DNA of 64,000 nt. It comes from an uncultured candidate division WWE3 bacterium. GTDB lineage: Bacteria > Patescibacteriota > WWE3 > UBA101185 > UBA10185. The stretch spans positions 69,382-133,381 of the forward strand of contig CAIRNR010000007.1 in the NCBI GenBank assembly GCA_903879985.1, read 5' to 3'. The position numbers were made by a program, and so were the translations under genes. Of this stretch, positions 41,203 through 50,682 are shown piece by piece. A model generated the notes under the pieces. That model was not told where the DNA came from and made no database searches. It saw nothing but the letters and a program-made list of their open reading frames with translations. Position 1 is the stretch's first letter. Every line of letters begins with the position of its first letter.

Positions 41203-41453
41203 TACAAAGTTTCCCGAAAGCCTACGATACTACGTCAAAACCCATTTCGAACCTAAACCGTGTTTCATCTGCATGAATCCATTTGGCCCGGTAATTAAAG
41301 TCGTACCTTTTCCGCGGAACGCTTAAATGTCTCAGACGTTAACCTGCGGTGAATCAAGCCTTGGATCCATTTTCAAATCCGCAAACTTGCTTCGTACTAA
41401 ATTTCTTTCCGTAAACTTCCAACTGGTCAGAGATGCTCTACAGGAAACTCGTA
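41203..41453 (-). ncRNA. rnpB: Highly divergent, reduced RNase P RNA-like ncRNA
   Basis: P1 UACGAGUUUCCUG/CGGGAAACUUUGUA; P4-like pseudoknot AAGUUUACGG/UCGUAGGCUU; P14-like CACCGC..CCGCGG; P15/16-like GGGCCAAAUGGAUUCAU..AUGAA..GGUUUAGGUUC. The RNA has its own promoter and terminator. Confidence 0.65.
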
Positions 41454-41459
41454 CTGAGA

Positions 41460-41488
41460 AAAATACTATAAATTCAAATTTCTGTCAA
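41460..41488 (-). promoter_or_regulatory. Promoter of the ncRNA
   Basis: TTGACA-N17-TATTTT; the predicted +1 (~41453) coincides with the P1 5' end. Confidence 0.6.
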
Positions 41489-41608
41489 CATTATTTGGAG
41501 GATATAGTCTATAAAAAATATCGTTTTGTGCTGCACGGTAAAACAAAACGAATAACAAAGCAGTAAAGAGTAAGAATAATAAAACAAATAAACTTTTATA
41601 TTTAAAAC

Positions 41609-42151
41609 TTAAATTTTCCATATAACATCCTCAATTTTCTGTTTTTTGTTGGCATAACGAGCTAAAGCAAAAAACAAATCAGAAATTCTATTTAAATACT
41701 TTTGTACAAATTCATAATCGGCAAGTTTTCTTTCAAGCTTATATTTTACAAAAATTCTTTCCAACTTTCTTGCCTGAACTCTACAAACATGTAAATAACT
41801 TGATTCCACAGAACCACCGGGCAAAATAAAATGTGTTAACGGAGTATTTTGAGCTTCTACTTTATCTATGGTTTCTTCCACGTACTTTAAACGGGTTTCC
41901 CAATAGGTACAATCACGCTTTTCCATTTTTTTACCGGCAACATATGACCCCAATAAAAATAAATCCCGCTGAATATCGTATGCAATTAATTTAATTTGTT
42001 TGATCTTTGATAAATGTAAAAAACCAAGTGAGGCGTTAAGTTCATCGAGACTACCTAAAACGCCAAAGACCGGATCCGACTTTTTCAGCCGCGCTTGTTG
42101 AGCATATAAAGCTGATGTACCGTCATCACCGGTCTTCGAATAAATTTTCAT
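41609..42151 (-). CDS. pduO: ATP:cob(I)alamin adenosyltransferase (PduO type)
   Basis: Motifs KIYSKTGDDG, GSLDELNA, FILPGG, RKLER and YLNRISD; TAATG coupling to nrdJ. Confidence 0.92.
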   Translation of the reverse strand: MKIYSKTGDDGTSALYAQQARLKKSDPVFGVLGSLDELNASLGFLHLSKIKQIKLIAYDIQRDLFLLGSYVAGKKMEKRDCTYWETRLKYVEETIDKVEAQNTPLTHFILPGGSVESSYLHVCRVQARKLERIFVKYKLERKLADYEFVQKYLNRISDLFFALARYANKKQKIEDVIWKI

Positions 42152-44682
42152 TAACAATGACTATACCCGCACTGGTAGCATTTTGCACAACCTTCTTGTT
42201 GCACTAATGTATAGTTACCGCACTCAGGGCACATGTCGGTATTGGCAAACACCGAACTTGCAAGATGTTTTGGTTCAACTACAGAAACGTTTTCTACTTC
42301 TGATTTTTCGCCATTGTTGCTGTGACCATTTTCGTCCGTTTTTACAACAAAGTTAAACTCCTCGGCTAAAACTTTTGCTATTGCATCAGGAATAGAAGTA
42401 ATTCTTGTTTTACCAAAGCCAATTGATTTTGATCCACCAATTCCTACTAACTGTGAAATGACTTCCTTTAATATTTCCTCAGAATAGTTTGGCATTCTTA
42501 ACCAGCCAGATAATAATCGACCAAGTCCTTCGGACAAAGCTGCAACATCACTACCTGCTTTACCGACGTTCAAGAAAACTTCAACCGGACGATTAGCTTC
42601 GTCTTTATTTATAGTGATAAACGCTTTTCCTTGAGGTGTATTAACTTTGTAGGTTGTACCTGACAATTTGTAACCACGATTTATTAACATTGGTTCAAGA
42701 GCTTCTTTTGTGTCTACAGTAATTTCTTTAGAGATATTTTCGTTTGATGTGGCTGTTGTTACAGAACCTGCCGCCGCCGATTTACCATCCTTTTCGCCCT
42801 TGGTCTCCAATACAACTTCCTGGCGACTTCCGGTTACATAAACAGTCAAACCCTTACAACCCATTTCCCAACCCATCATATAAACTTTAGCAACATCTTC
42901 TTTTGTAGCACCTGCTGGAAAGTTACAAGTTTTAGAGATTGAGTTATCAATAAAAGCTTGAATTGCAGCCTGTGTTTTTATGTGTTCTTCTGGTGTTATA
43001 TCGGCGGACACAACAAAAGTATTTTTCATGTTCTCAGGCAATTCCTTAATATGCTGGCAAGAACCTGTGTTTACAACATCATCAATGATTTTCTTTTTTG
43101 TATCGTCATCAACATAAAGTTTATCTATGGCTTTTTGGAAGAATGGACTTACATAAGTTAAAGTCATCTTTCCTTGATCTCCTGCGGCTTGGTAAACGTT
43201 TCGGTAGTAAGCCAAAGCAAAAACCGGTTCGCAACCATAGCCTTCAATACCGGCAACTGTGGAAATTGTTCCTGTTGGAGCAACGGTCATTTGTGCGCCG
43301 TTTCTTATACCGTGTTCTTTTATGCCATTTGTTATTTCGTTCCAATCAAGTTGAGGTCTGCCAAAATCATGAGTAAATGCTGCTATAGCTACAGGTGGTG
43401 TCCACTTTAAGTTATCGGGATCATAAATACTTCCACGAATCTTTAAGAATGGTCCACGTTCACGTGCCAAATCAACAGAAGCCTTCATTGAGTGGAAACG
43501 CATAAACTCAGAAATTTGTGCCGCAAATTCTTGACCTTCGTCACTGCCGTATCTAATACCTGCGGCATACATTGCGTCGGCCAAACCCATAAAGCCCAAA
43601 CCTATGCGTCGAACGTTATGTGCGGCTTCCCTAAGTTCTGGTACTGCTGGAATATATTTATTTGCAGAAACAGCGTTATCCAAAAAGCGAGTGCTTAAAA
43701 TAATTGTTTCCTTTAATACTTCCCAATCTATTTGACCATCTGCAGTTAATGTTTCGGCAAGGTTTATGGATCCTAAGCAACAATTTTCGTAAGGCCCAAG
43801 CCATTGCTCACCACAAGGATTGGTAGCTTCTAATTCGTAAAGATGAGGAACCGGATTTGTGCGATTAGCTACATCAACAAACAAAACTCCTGGTTCACCG
43901 TTTTTGAATGCATAATTAACAATCATGTCGTAAATTTCACGAGCTCTTGGGCTTTCAACAACTTTTTTTGTATGAGGATCAATTAAATCGTAAGTCGTAT
44001 CTTCTTTAACTGCTTTCATAAACACATCTGTTACAGCAACTGAAATATTAAAATTAGCGATATGACCTTCTTCACTTTTACACTTTACGAATTCACGCAC
44101 ATCCGGGTGATCCACACGTAAAACTCCCATATTTGCACCTCTACGCACACCACCTTGAGCTATTTCACCAAAAGCGGCGTCATACACTTTTAAAAAGCCA
44201 ATTGGTCCTGTGGCAACACCGTTACTTGATTTAACAACCGCACCTTTTGCACGTAGTCTTGAAAATGAAAATCCATTTCCACCACCTGATTGTTGAATCA
44301 AGGCAGCTACTCGCAAAGTTGAGAATATTCCGTCGCCACCTTTGCCTAAATCATCTGCAATAGGTAGAACAAAACAGGCAGCCAATTGTCCTAAAGGAGT
44401 ACCGGCTCCGGTAAACGTTGGAGAATTAGGGAAAAACTTTTTACTTGATAACAAGTTGTAATATTCAATACTGGAAAGTTCAGGATCTCTGTATGGTGCA
44501 TCCGGCTGAGCCATTGTATCAGCAATACGTTCAAACATTTGTTCAGCGGTTTCTGCTAAATCGCCCTTTTCGTCCTTTAACAGGTAACGCTTTTCTAATA
44601 TTTTTCTAGCATTCTCTGGAAACGAAATTTGATCGTTCTTTTTAAGCACACGTGAGTCATTGAAGTACAGGTATGAGCTCAT
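42151..44682 (-). CDS. nrdJ: Adenosylcobalamin-dependent class II ribonucleotide reductase with fused TSCPD and Zn-ribbon
   Basis: Motifs PNSPT, AACFV, RRGANM, TNPCGEQ, CCLGSINL and APTGT; C-terminal CPECG..EGCAKCYQCGYSHC. Confidence 0.95.
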   Translation of the reverse strand: MSSYLYFNDSRVLKKNDQISFPENARKILEKRYLLKDEKGDLAETAEQMFERIADTMAQPDAPYRDPELSSIEYYNLLSSKKFFPNSPTFTGAGTPLGQLAACFVLPIADDLGKGGDGIFSTLRVAALIQQSGGGNGFSFSRLRAKGAVVKSSNGVATGPIGFLKVYDAAFGEIAQGGVRRGANMGVLRVDHPDVREFVKCKSEEGHIANFNISVAVTDVFMKAVKEDTTYDLIDPHTKKVVESPRAREIYDMIVNYAFKNGEPGVLFVDVANRTNPVPHLYELEATNPCGEQWLGPYENCCLGSINLAETLTADGQIDWEVLKETIILSTRFLDNAVSANKYIPAVPELREAAHNVRRIGLGFMGLADAMYAAGIRYGSDEGQEFAAQISEFMRFHSMKASVDLARERGPFLKIRGSIYDPDNLKWTPPVAIAAFTHDFGRPQLDWNEITNGIKEHGIRNGAQMTVAPTGTISTVAGIEGYGCEPVFALAYYRNVYQAAGDQGKMTLTYVSPFFQKAIDKLYVDDDTKKKIIDDVVNTGSCQHIKELPENMKNTFVVSADITPEEHIKTQAAIQAFIDNSISKTCNFPAGATKEDVAKVYMMGWEMGCKGLTVYVTGSRQEVVLETKGEKDGKSAAAGSVTTATSNENISKEITVDTKEALEPMLINRGYKLSGTTYKVNTPQGKAFITINKDEANRPVEVFLNVGKAGSDVAALSEGLGRLLSGWLRMPNYSEEILKEVISQLVGIGGSKSIGFGKTRITSIPDAIAKVLAEEFNFVVKTDENGHSNNGEKSEVENVSVVEPKHLASSVFANTDMCPECGNYTLVQQEGCAKCYQCGYSHC

Positions 44683-44696
44683 ACTTTTATTCTTTA

Positions 44697-44844
44697 CTCA
44701 CGGATCAGCAACCTTTCACTGCCTCGTTAAAGATTGGCGACGCATGAGATTATTTAAATTTACTAAACAAATAATCTATCTACTTTATTTAAGACAAAAA
44801 AACACCGGCCTTCAAACACATCAGTGTTTATCTTCGCCAGCGTC
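44697..44844 (-). promoter_or_regulatory. Structured leader upstream of nrdJ (terminator-like hairpin plus second stem-loop)
   Basis: GACGCUGGC..AAACAC-UGAU-GUGUUU..GCCGGUGUU-UUUUU at 44796-44844, and CUCAUG..CGUGAG at 44697-44748. Confidence 0.4.
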
Positions 44845-44988
44845 TCTTCCTTAACATTAATGAAAACAAATTTACTGACTTTATACAACAAGCGAACATT
44901 GGAGATTTAAGTGATTAAATTATGTTGGAAAGGCGAATAAAAACGTACAAGCGACTAATGGAGATTAATATAATTGTGAAAGGTTTCT

Positions 44989-46239
44989 TTATTTACCGCG
45001 TAAGAATGCTGGAATATCGTAGCGACTATCATCTTTATCTTCTTTATGATCTTTGGGTTCTTCAATGCGTTGACTTTTATTTGGCTGAATTTCCTCTGCC
45101 TTTGGTTGATACTGTTGCAACACCGGAAGTATTTGCGCAGGATCATCTTTTCGTTGTGGTGTAGCAAAAGCTGTTTCAACCGGGGCACTTCTTACGGGAG
45201 TAGGTACACTGTTATTAGCAGCAGTTCTCGCAGCATCAGCTTGCTGTCTGCGCTCCACATATCCAAAAACCGAATCATCTTCACCGCGTGTATCAAAACC
45301 TGTGGCAATAACCGTAATCTTTATTTGACCTGCAAGTTCCGGATCAATTGATGTTCCAAAGATTATGTTTGCATCTTCATTTGCTATTTCTCTAATGATA
45401 TCTGCAGCACGAGCAACCTCTTTCATTGTTAGATCGGGACCGCCTGAAATGTTAAACAATATTCCTTTTGCACCCTCAATTGATTGCTCAAGTAGTGGCG
45501 ATGAAATAGAAGCACGGGCCGCGGTTTCAGCACGATTTTCACCTGTGCCTATACCGATACCCATTAAGGCTGTTCCTGCTGTTGCCATAATTGTTTTAAC
45601 ATCGGCAAAGTCAACATTTATAAGTCCTGGTTTAACAATTAAATCTGAAATTCCCTGAACACCTTGGTTTAAAATGCTGTCTGATAATTTAAATGCTTCA
45701 AGCATCCCCATATTTTCGTCGGCAACTTCTAATAAGCGTTCATTTGGAATAGTAATTAAAGCGTCAACTTCGTTTCTAAGTTCGGCTATACCACGATCTG
45801 CATTTCGCATACGTTGGGCACCTTCAAAAGCAAATGGTTTTGTAACAACACCAATTGTTAATGCTCCTGATTGTTTAGCTAATCTTGCAATAACAGGAGA
45901 TGCACCAGTTCCGGTACCGCCGCCCATGCCCGCGGTTACAAAAACCATATCAGCACCTTCTAAGTTTTGCTTTATTAAATCTTCTGATTCCTCGGCGGCT
46001 TTTTTTCCTACATCAGGATTAGCGCCCGCGCCTAAACCATGAGTAAGTTCTTGCCCGATTGGAATTTTTATTACAGCTCTGTTAATGGATAAATTTTGTG
46101 AATCAGTATTTATGGAAACAAACTCAACACCTTGAATTTGACCCGATTCAATCATGGAATTCAAGACATTACCGCCGGCTCCACCGACGCCAATAACTCT
46201 AATTTTTGCAAATCTTTCTATTTCGGGTTTTACTAGCAT
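44989..46239 (-). CDS. ftsZ: Cell division protein FtsZ
   Basis: Motifs [15 protein letters not shown] and INVDFADV; C-terminal DIPAFLR. Confidence 0.98.
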   Translation of the reverse strand: MLVKPEIERFAKIRVIGVGGAGGNVLNSMIESGQIQGVEFVSINTDSQNLSINRAVIKIPIGQELTHGLGAGANPDVGKKAAEESEDLIKQNLEGADMVFVTAGMGGGTGTGASPVIARLAKQSGALTIGVVTKPFAFEGAQRMRNADRGIAELRNEVDALITIPNERLLEVADENMGMLEAFKLSDSILNQGVQGISDLIVKPGLINVDFADVKTIMATAGTALMGIGIGTGENRAETAARASISSPLLEQSIEGAKGILFNISGGPDLTMKEVARAADIIREIANEDANIIFGTSIDPELAGQIKITVIATGFDTRGEDDSVFGYVERRQQADAARTAANNSVPTPVRSAPVETAFATPQRKDDPAQILPVLQQYQPKAEEIQPNKSQRIEEPKDHKEDKDDSRYDIPAFLRGK

Positions 46240-46252
46240 TTATAATAATCTT

Positions 46253-47509
46253 TTAGGGCAGGAAAGATCTAAGTTTATCAATAATTTTCGAAACGCTTTT
46301 TTTCATATTACCGCGGTGCTCGTCAAATGACAATAGTGATCCACCACGATAAAGCTTGGTACCGTATAAAATTGCACCAACGCCGGCCGCGGATGAAGGA
46401 CCTTGAATTTCATCAATTAATCCTGTTACACCTTTTGGAGTTCCAATGCGAACAGGCATTTTTAAATTAACTTTTGCGCTGCGTTCAACACCGGCAGTTA
46501 AGGAACCACCACCTGTAACAACAACGCCTGCTGGAAGTTTTCCAACTAAATTAACTTTTACAACTTCCAATGCAATTAATCTAAAAATTTCCTCGAGACG
46601 CGCATCAATAATTTTGTAAAGCATGTTTCGGGGAATTCTTTCGATTTCTAAATTAAATTCTGAAATATCAAACTCTTCGTCGCGCTTAACATTATCCATA
46701 GCTTTTCCAATAAGAGCTTCGTTACTAAGTCTAAGTTTTATTTTTTCAGCATCTTCTAAGCGAGATCTCAAACCAATAGCTAAATCACTTGTCACCAATC
46801 TGCCACCAATAGGCAAAACAGCTGAATGTACAGGACTTCCATCCAAAAATGCAATCATAGATGTTGTTCCGCCGCCAATATCAACAAGTAAAACACCAAG
46901 TTCTTTTTCAGTATCTGTTAAAACTGCCTCGGATGAAGCAATTCCTGTGTAAACTAATTCCTCAACTTCAACACCAACTTGATTAACACATCTAATGATA
47001 TTTTTCATTGCTATAGAAGAACCGTGAATAATATTCGTTTCAACTTCAAGCCTTACACCTGACATACCAACCGGATCTTTAATGCCCTCTAATGAATCAA
47101 TAGCAAAATCACGTGGAATAACATGAATAACTTCACGTGTAGAAGGCAAAGAAACGGCTTGCGCCGCTTCGATTACTCTTGCTACATCATCTTTACTGAT
47201 TTCAGATGTTTGATTTGGTGCTACGGCTACAACTCCGTGTGAGTTCAAAGTTTCAATATGACTTCCATTAATAGTTACAAACGCTTTTGATACCGAGACA
47301 CCGGCCATTCTCTCAGCTTTTTCCAAGCTTTGAGCAATTGCTTCAACAGCGCTATCAATATCAATAACGTTGCCTTTGTTGATTCCTTTTGATGTTATAT
47401 CTCCTGAAACGCCAACGACCGAGACTTTTGATTCAGATACAGAAGCTATCGTGGTGCTTACTCTTGTGGAGCCAATATCAATTCCTGTAATTATTTTTTC
47501 TTTGGGCAT
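46253..47509 (-). CDS. ftsA: Cell division protein FtsA
   Basis: Motifs GIDIGS, DPVGMSGVRLE, VDIGGGTT and VVTGGGS. Confidence 0.96.
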   Translation of the reverse strand: MPKEKIITGIDIGSTRVSTTIASVSESKVSVVGVSGDITSKGINKGNVIDIDSAVEAIAQSLEKAERMAGVSVSKAFVTINGSHIETLNSHGVVAVAPNQTSEISKDDVARVIEAAQAVSLPSTREVIHVIPRDFAIDSLEGIKDPVGMSGVRLEVETNIIHGSSIAMKNIIRCVNQVGVEVEELVYTGIASSEAVLTDTEKELGVLLVDIGGGTTSMIAFLDGSPVHSAVLPIGGRLVTSDLAIGLRSRLEDAEKIKLRLSNEALIGKAMDNVKRDEEFDISEFNLEIERIPRNMLYKIIDARLEEIFRLIALEVVKVNLVGKLPAGVVVTGGGSLTAGVERSAKVNLKMPVRIGTPKGVTGLIDEIQGPSSAAGVGAILYGTKLYRGGSLLSFDEHRGNMKKSVSKIIDKLRSFLP

Positions 47510-47519
47510 AGGTGTTTAT

Positions 47520-48398
47520 CTAATCATATAATACTATTACTTTGTCATAACGTAAATCAACCCTTTTTAAAATTTTGCCATCCTGAAGCATTTTTTTTAT
47601 TAATGCACTAAGAGTTTGAATAGCATTTTTTTTGTTTTTATCGTTGCCAATATAAACCTCTACATTATTTGCGTAGAGTTCAGTATACCTTGGATTGAAA
47701 CTCATGCTACTAACTTTTAAGCCTTCTCTATCTGACTCTCTCAGGATTTCTATACTAATCGGCACAACATCTTTTTCCAAAAATGTTCCAATTTTTATAT
47801 CGGCATCATAATTTATTCTCGGAAGATCCAAGAAATCTTGTTGCACAGAACCAAGTACAAAGCCGTCACCATCTATCAAATAAGAATCGGCGTCCTTATA
47901 AACTATAGCTAACGGGACGCGCTCCTCTATTAAAACATTTACTGTATTTGGAAACTTTTTTTCGACTTTTATGGTTTTCGCTCCAAGAAAATTAGTTGAA
48001 ATTGTTTTTTCAAGCTCCGGCGTTTTCACTAGAAAATAGTTTTTGTTTATAACCTGAGTATTCACCAAGGTTTTAACATCATCTAAATTTACAAACTTTT
48101 GTGTACCAGTAATTTGGACATTTGTAATATCAAATTTTCCGGAGTTAAATACCCAGTCATAACCAAAGTAACCCAAACCTCCAAGTACAATTATTACGGC
48201 AGAAAGTTTAAAGAACATTTTATATCTTCGTCCTACATACGTGGTTTTCTTTATACCGCGCTTTTTGGTATTGATATTTTGTAAAAATGATTCTTTAGCG
48301 CTTAGTTGATTAATACCTGGAATAGGCCGAGTAATCTTCTTTCTGTTGCCAAAAAAGGAAGACTCAGTTTTTTTTGTTGAGAATTTTAAAAGTTTCAT
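47520..48398 (-). CDS. ftsQ: FtsQ/DivIB
   Basis: TM helix plus POTRA (KFPNTVNVLIEERVP) and C-terminal VDLRY; position in the dcw cluster. Confidence 0.85.
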   Translation of the reverse strand: MKLLKFSTKKTESSFFGNRKKITRPIPGINQLSAKESFLQNINTKKRGIKKTTYVGRRYKMFFKLSAVIIVLGGLGYFGYDWVFNSGKFDITNVQITGTQKFVNLDDVKTLVNTQVINKNYFLVKTPELEKTISTNFLGAKTIKVEKKFPNTVNVLIEERVPLAIVYKDADSYLIDGDGFVLGSVQQDFLDLPRINYDADIKIGTFLEKDVVPISIEILRESDREGLKVSSMSFNPRYTELYANNVEVYIGNDKNKKNAIQTLSALIKKMLQDGKILKRVDLRYDKVIVLYD

Positions 48399-49470
48399 TT
48401 GATATTAATTCTGCAGCATCAGCATTTAGCAAATTAGAATCTTCATTTATAAGAAAGCTTCGTCTGTTAACAAGCATATCCTTAATGGTTGAAACAAAAG
48501 TGTCGGCTGATAATTCTGATTCTGGCAAGACACGCGCCAAACCCTGGCTTTGTAACAACTGCGCATTTTCAAATTGCTCGTTATGTGAAACCCAAGGAAT
48601 CGGAATTAGTAATGCAGGTTTTTTAAGAGCCAGAAGCTCTGAAATGGTATGTGCACCGGATCTTGAAACAACCAATGATGCTTTATCAAATGCCTCGCCT
48701 ATTTCATCTTCAAATATAAATTTTCTAATAAAATATTTTCCTTTTGTTAAAGACTTAATAGGTTCGTAAATGGCATTCAATCTATCAAAATCATTGGTAA
48801 CAGAATAATCACCGACTTGGTGAATAACATTACAAAAAGCTAAAAGTTCTGACAAACTTTGTTTTACGGTTTCATTAATCATATGTGAACCTGTTTTGCC
48901 TGCAGTAATGTAAACATATGGAAGTGTATTACCGGTTTCAAAAGCGGTGGAATTAGATTTAAAGATACTTTCTCGTAAAGGAATACCCGTAAAAACTGTT
49001 TTTCCCGCGGGAAAATATTTTGCCGAAGCTTTCCATGAGATTAATACTTTTTTTGCAAACCAACCAATAACTTTGTTAGCGTACCCTGCTACAACTGTTT
49101 GTTCGTGTGTTACAGACGGAATACCCAAGAAAAATCCCGAAACTACAACAGGCACTGCTAAATAGCCACCAAAAGACAAAATAGCGTCGGGTTTGATACT
49201 TAATAAAATGAAAAAAGCCTGAATAAAACCAAAAGGAACCAAGATCAAACGACTTAAACTGGTAATTTTATAAACCTTACCAGCCTTTAGCTCATAAAAA
49301 GGAATTCCAAGGGAAGTTATCTCTTTGTATTCAAGTGTTTCGTGCGTGTCACCCTTTAACGAATGCTTATGCCCCAGCCAGAATATCTGCAACGTAGGAT
49401 CTGTTTCTTTAAGTTTTTTTATTACCGGTAGAGCCGAACTGTGATGTCCACCGGTTATTACTAATCGCAT
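48364..49470 (-). CDS. murG: MurG-family GT28 glycosyltransferase
   Basis: Motifs TGGH, SFGGY, HEQT, SRSGAHTISE and EQFENA. Confidence 0.92.
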   Translation of the reverse strand: MRLVITGGHHSSALPVIKKLKETDPTLQIFWLGHKHSLKGDTHETLEYKEITSLGIPFYELKAGKVYKITSLSRLILVPFGFIQAFFILLSIKPDAILSFGGYLAVPVVVSGFFLGIPSVTHEQTVVAGYANKVIGWFAKKVLISWKASAKYFPAGKTVFTGIPLRESIFKSNSTAFETGNTLPYVYITAGKTGSHMINETVKQSLSELLAFCNVIHQVGDYSVTNDFDRLNAIYEPIKSLTKGKYFIRKFIFEDEIGEAFDKASLVVSRSGAHTISELLALKKPALLIPIPWVSHNEQFENAQLLQSQGLARVLPESELSADTFVSTIKDMLVNRRSFLINEDSNLLNADAAELISNETFKILNKKN

Positions 49471-49490
49471 ACGCTTATATTCTAACAAAA

Positions 49491-50669
49491 TTAATGTTCT
49501 TTGTTGTGAGATTTACTAATATTAGCCAAAATACCTAAAGCCATTAACGTGAAAACCATAGAGGAACCGCCATAAGAGATTAAAGGCAAAGGAACACCGG
49601 TAAGCGGAATTATCTGAGCCATCGCGCCAACGTTTACAAAAAACTGTAAAGCAATCCATGCAGTAATTCCAACCGCCATTAACTTTCCTACAGGATCTTC
49701 AGTGCGCTTGGCAATAGAAAAACCTTTGTATATTAAATATGAGAAAGCAATAATCACTAAAGTTGTACCGATAAAACCAAACTCTTCGCCAATGATCGCA
49801 AAAATAGAATCAGAAGCAACCTCAGGCAAGTACTGATACTTTTGACGAGATTGCCCAAAACCTACACCAAATATTCCTCCTGACCCTAACGCAATTAATA
49901 TTTGTTTAATGTGATAACCCATTGTTAAATCAGTAGTCGAGGAGTTACCCAGTCCTAAAAGTGTGAACAAACGCGTACGGCGGTAAGGTGACAATAAGAT
50001 AAATCCCGCAATACTAACAAGAGCTGGTGGAACTAGCATATACAATTTTTTTAGAGAAGCTCCGGATGCAAAGAAAATAACTGTTCCAATTGCAAAAACC
50101 ATAACAGCCGTAGACATATTAGGTTCTAAAATAATTAAACCCGCTACAAGTAAACTGGTTATAAAATAAGCCCAAAAAGGATCTTCACCATTTTTTAAAC
50201 GCTTACTCAACTGTACTGACAAATACATAATTAAAGTTAACTTGGCCATTTCGCTCGGCTGAAATCCTGCAACGCCTAAAAATGGTAATTTCGGAAACGG
50301 CGCAGGATTTAAATATAACCAACGATTAGCACCATTAACGCAGGGAGCAAAACCAAAACCTGATGTACAGGGCAAAAAACTAACCAACGCCAAAAAGGCT
50401 AACAAACCTAGGTTAACAACAAATAAAACAAAGGAAACTTTTTCAAGATGTCTGTAATCCAAGCGATAGAAAATAAAAAAACCAACCAAACCCAAGGCAA
50501 TCCAGCCAGCTTGAAGTAAAACAAATCTGTATGGATCATCGTATAAAGTATTTGAGTGAATTGCCGTCGCGTTTGCGATCATGATTAAACCAAAGAGTAA
50601 AAAGGAAAATATGGTTATTAATAAAGATCTGTCACCGATATTTTTATTTAGGACAGTAATTTTTTTCAT
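49491..50669 (-). CDS. ftsW: SEDS peptidoglycan glycosyltransferase FtsW
   Basis: Motifs NGANRW, FQPSE, YLPEVASDSIF and LPLISYGGSS. Confidence 0.93.
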   Translation of the reverse strand: MKKITVLNKNIGDRSLLITIFSFLLFGLIMIANATAIHSNTLYDDPYRFVLLQAGWIALGLVGFFIFYRLDYRHLEKVSFVLFVVNLGLLAFLALVSFLPCTSGFGFAPCVNGANRWLYLNPAPFPKLPFLGVAGFQPSEMAKLTLIMYLSVQLSKRLKNGEDPFWAYFITSLLVAGLIILEPNMSTAVMVFAIGTVIFFASGASLKKLYMLVPPALVSIAGFILLSPYRRTRLFTLLGLGNSSTTDLTMGYHIKQILIALGSGGIFGVGFGQSRQKYQYLPEVASDSIFAIIGEEFGFIGTTLVIIAFSYLIYKGFSIAKRTEDPVGKLMAVGITAWIALQFFVNVGAMAQIIPLTGVPLPLISYGGSSMVFTLMALGILANISKSHNKEH

Positions 50670-50682
50670 TAAAAGTTGTAAC

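Noticed and set aside
41107-41460. T-box leader of ileS, tmRNA, SRP or 6S RNA
   Set aside because: There is no GGUGGNACC T-box, no tRNA-like GGGG..CCA ends and no SRP GGAAG/CAGC core. RNase P-like blocks explain the region better, and ileS has its own -10-like hexamers.
41327-41566. 79-aa plus-strand ORF
   Set aside because: It is antisense to the ncRNA and its promoter, with no start signals.
44683-44988. Canonical cobalamin riboswitch
   Set aside because: The GGGAA / GCCACUG / AGACC B12-box elements were not found by eye.
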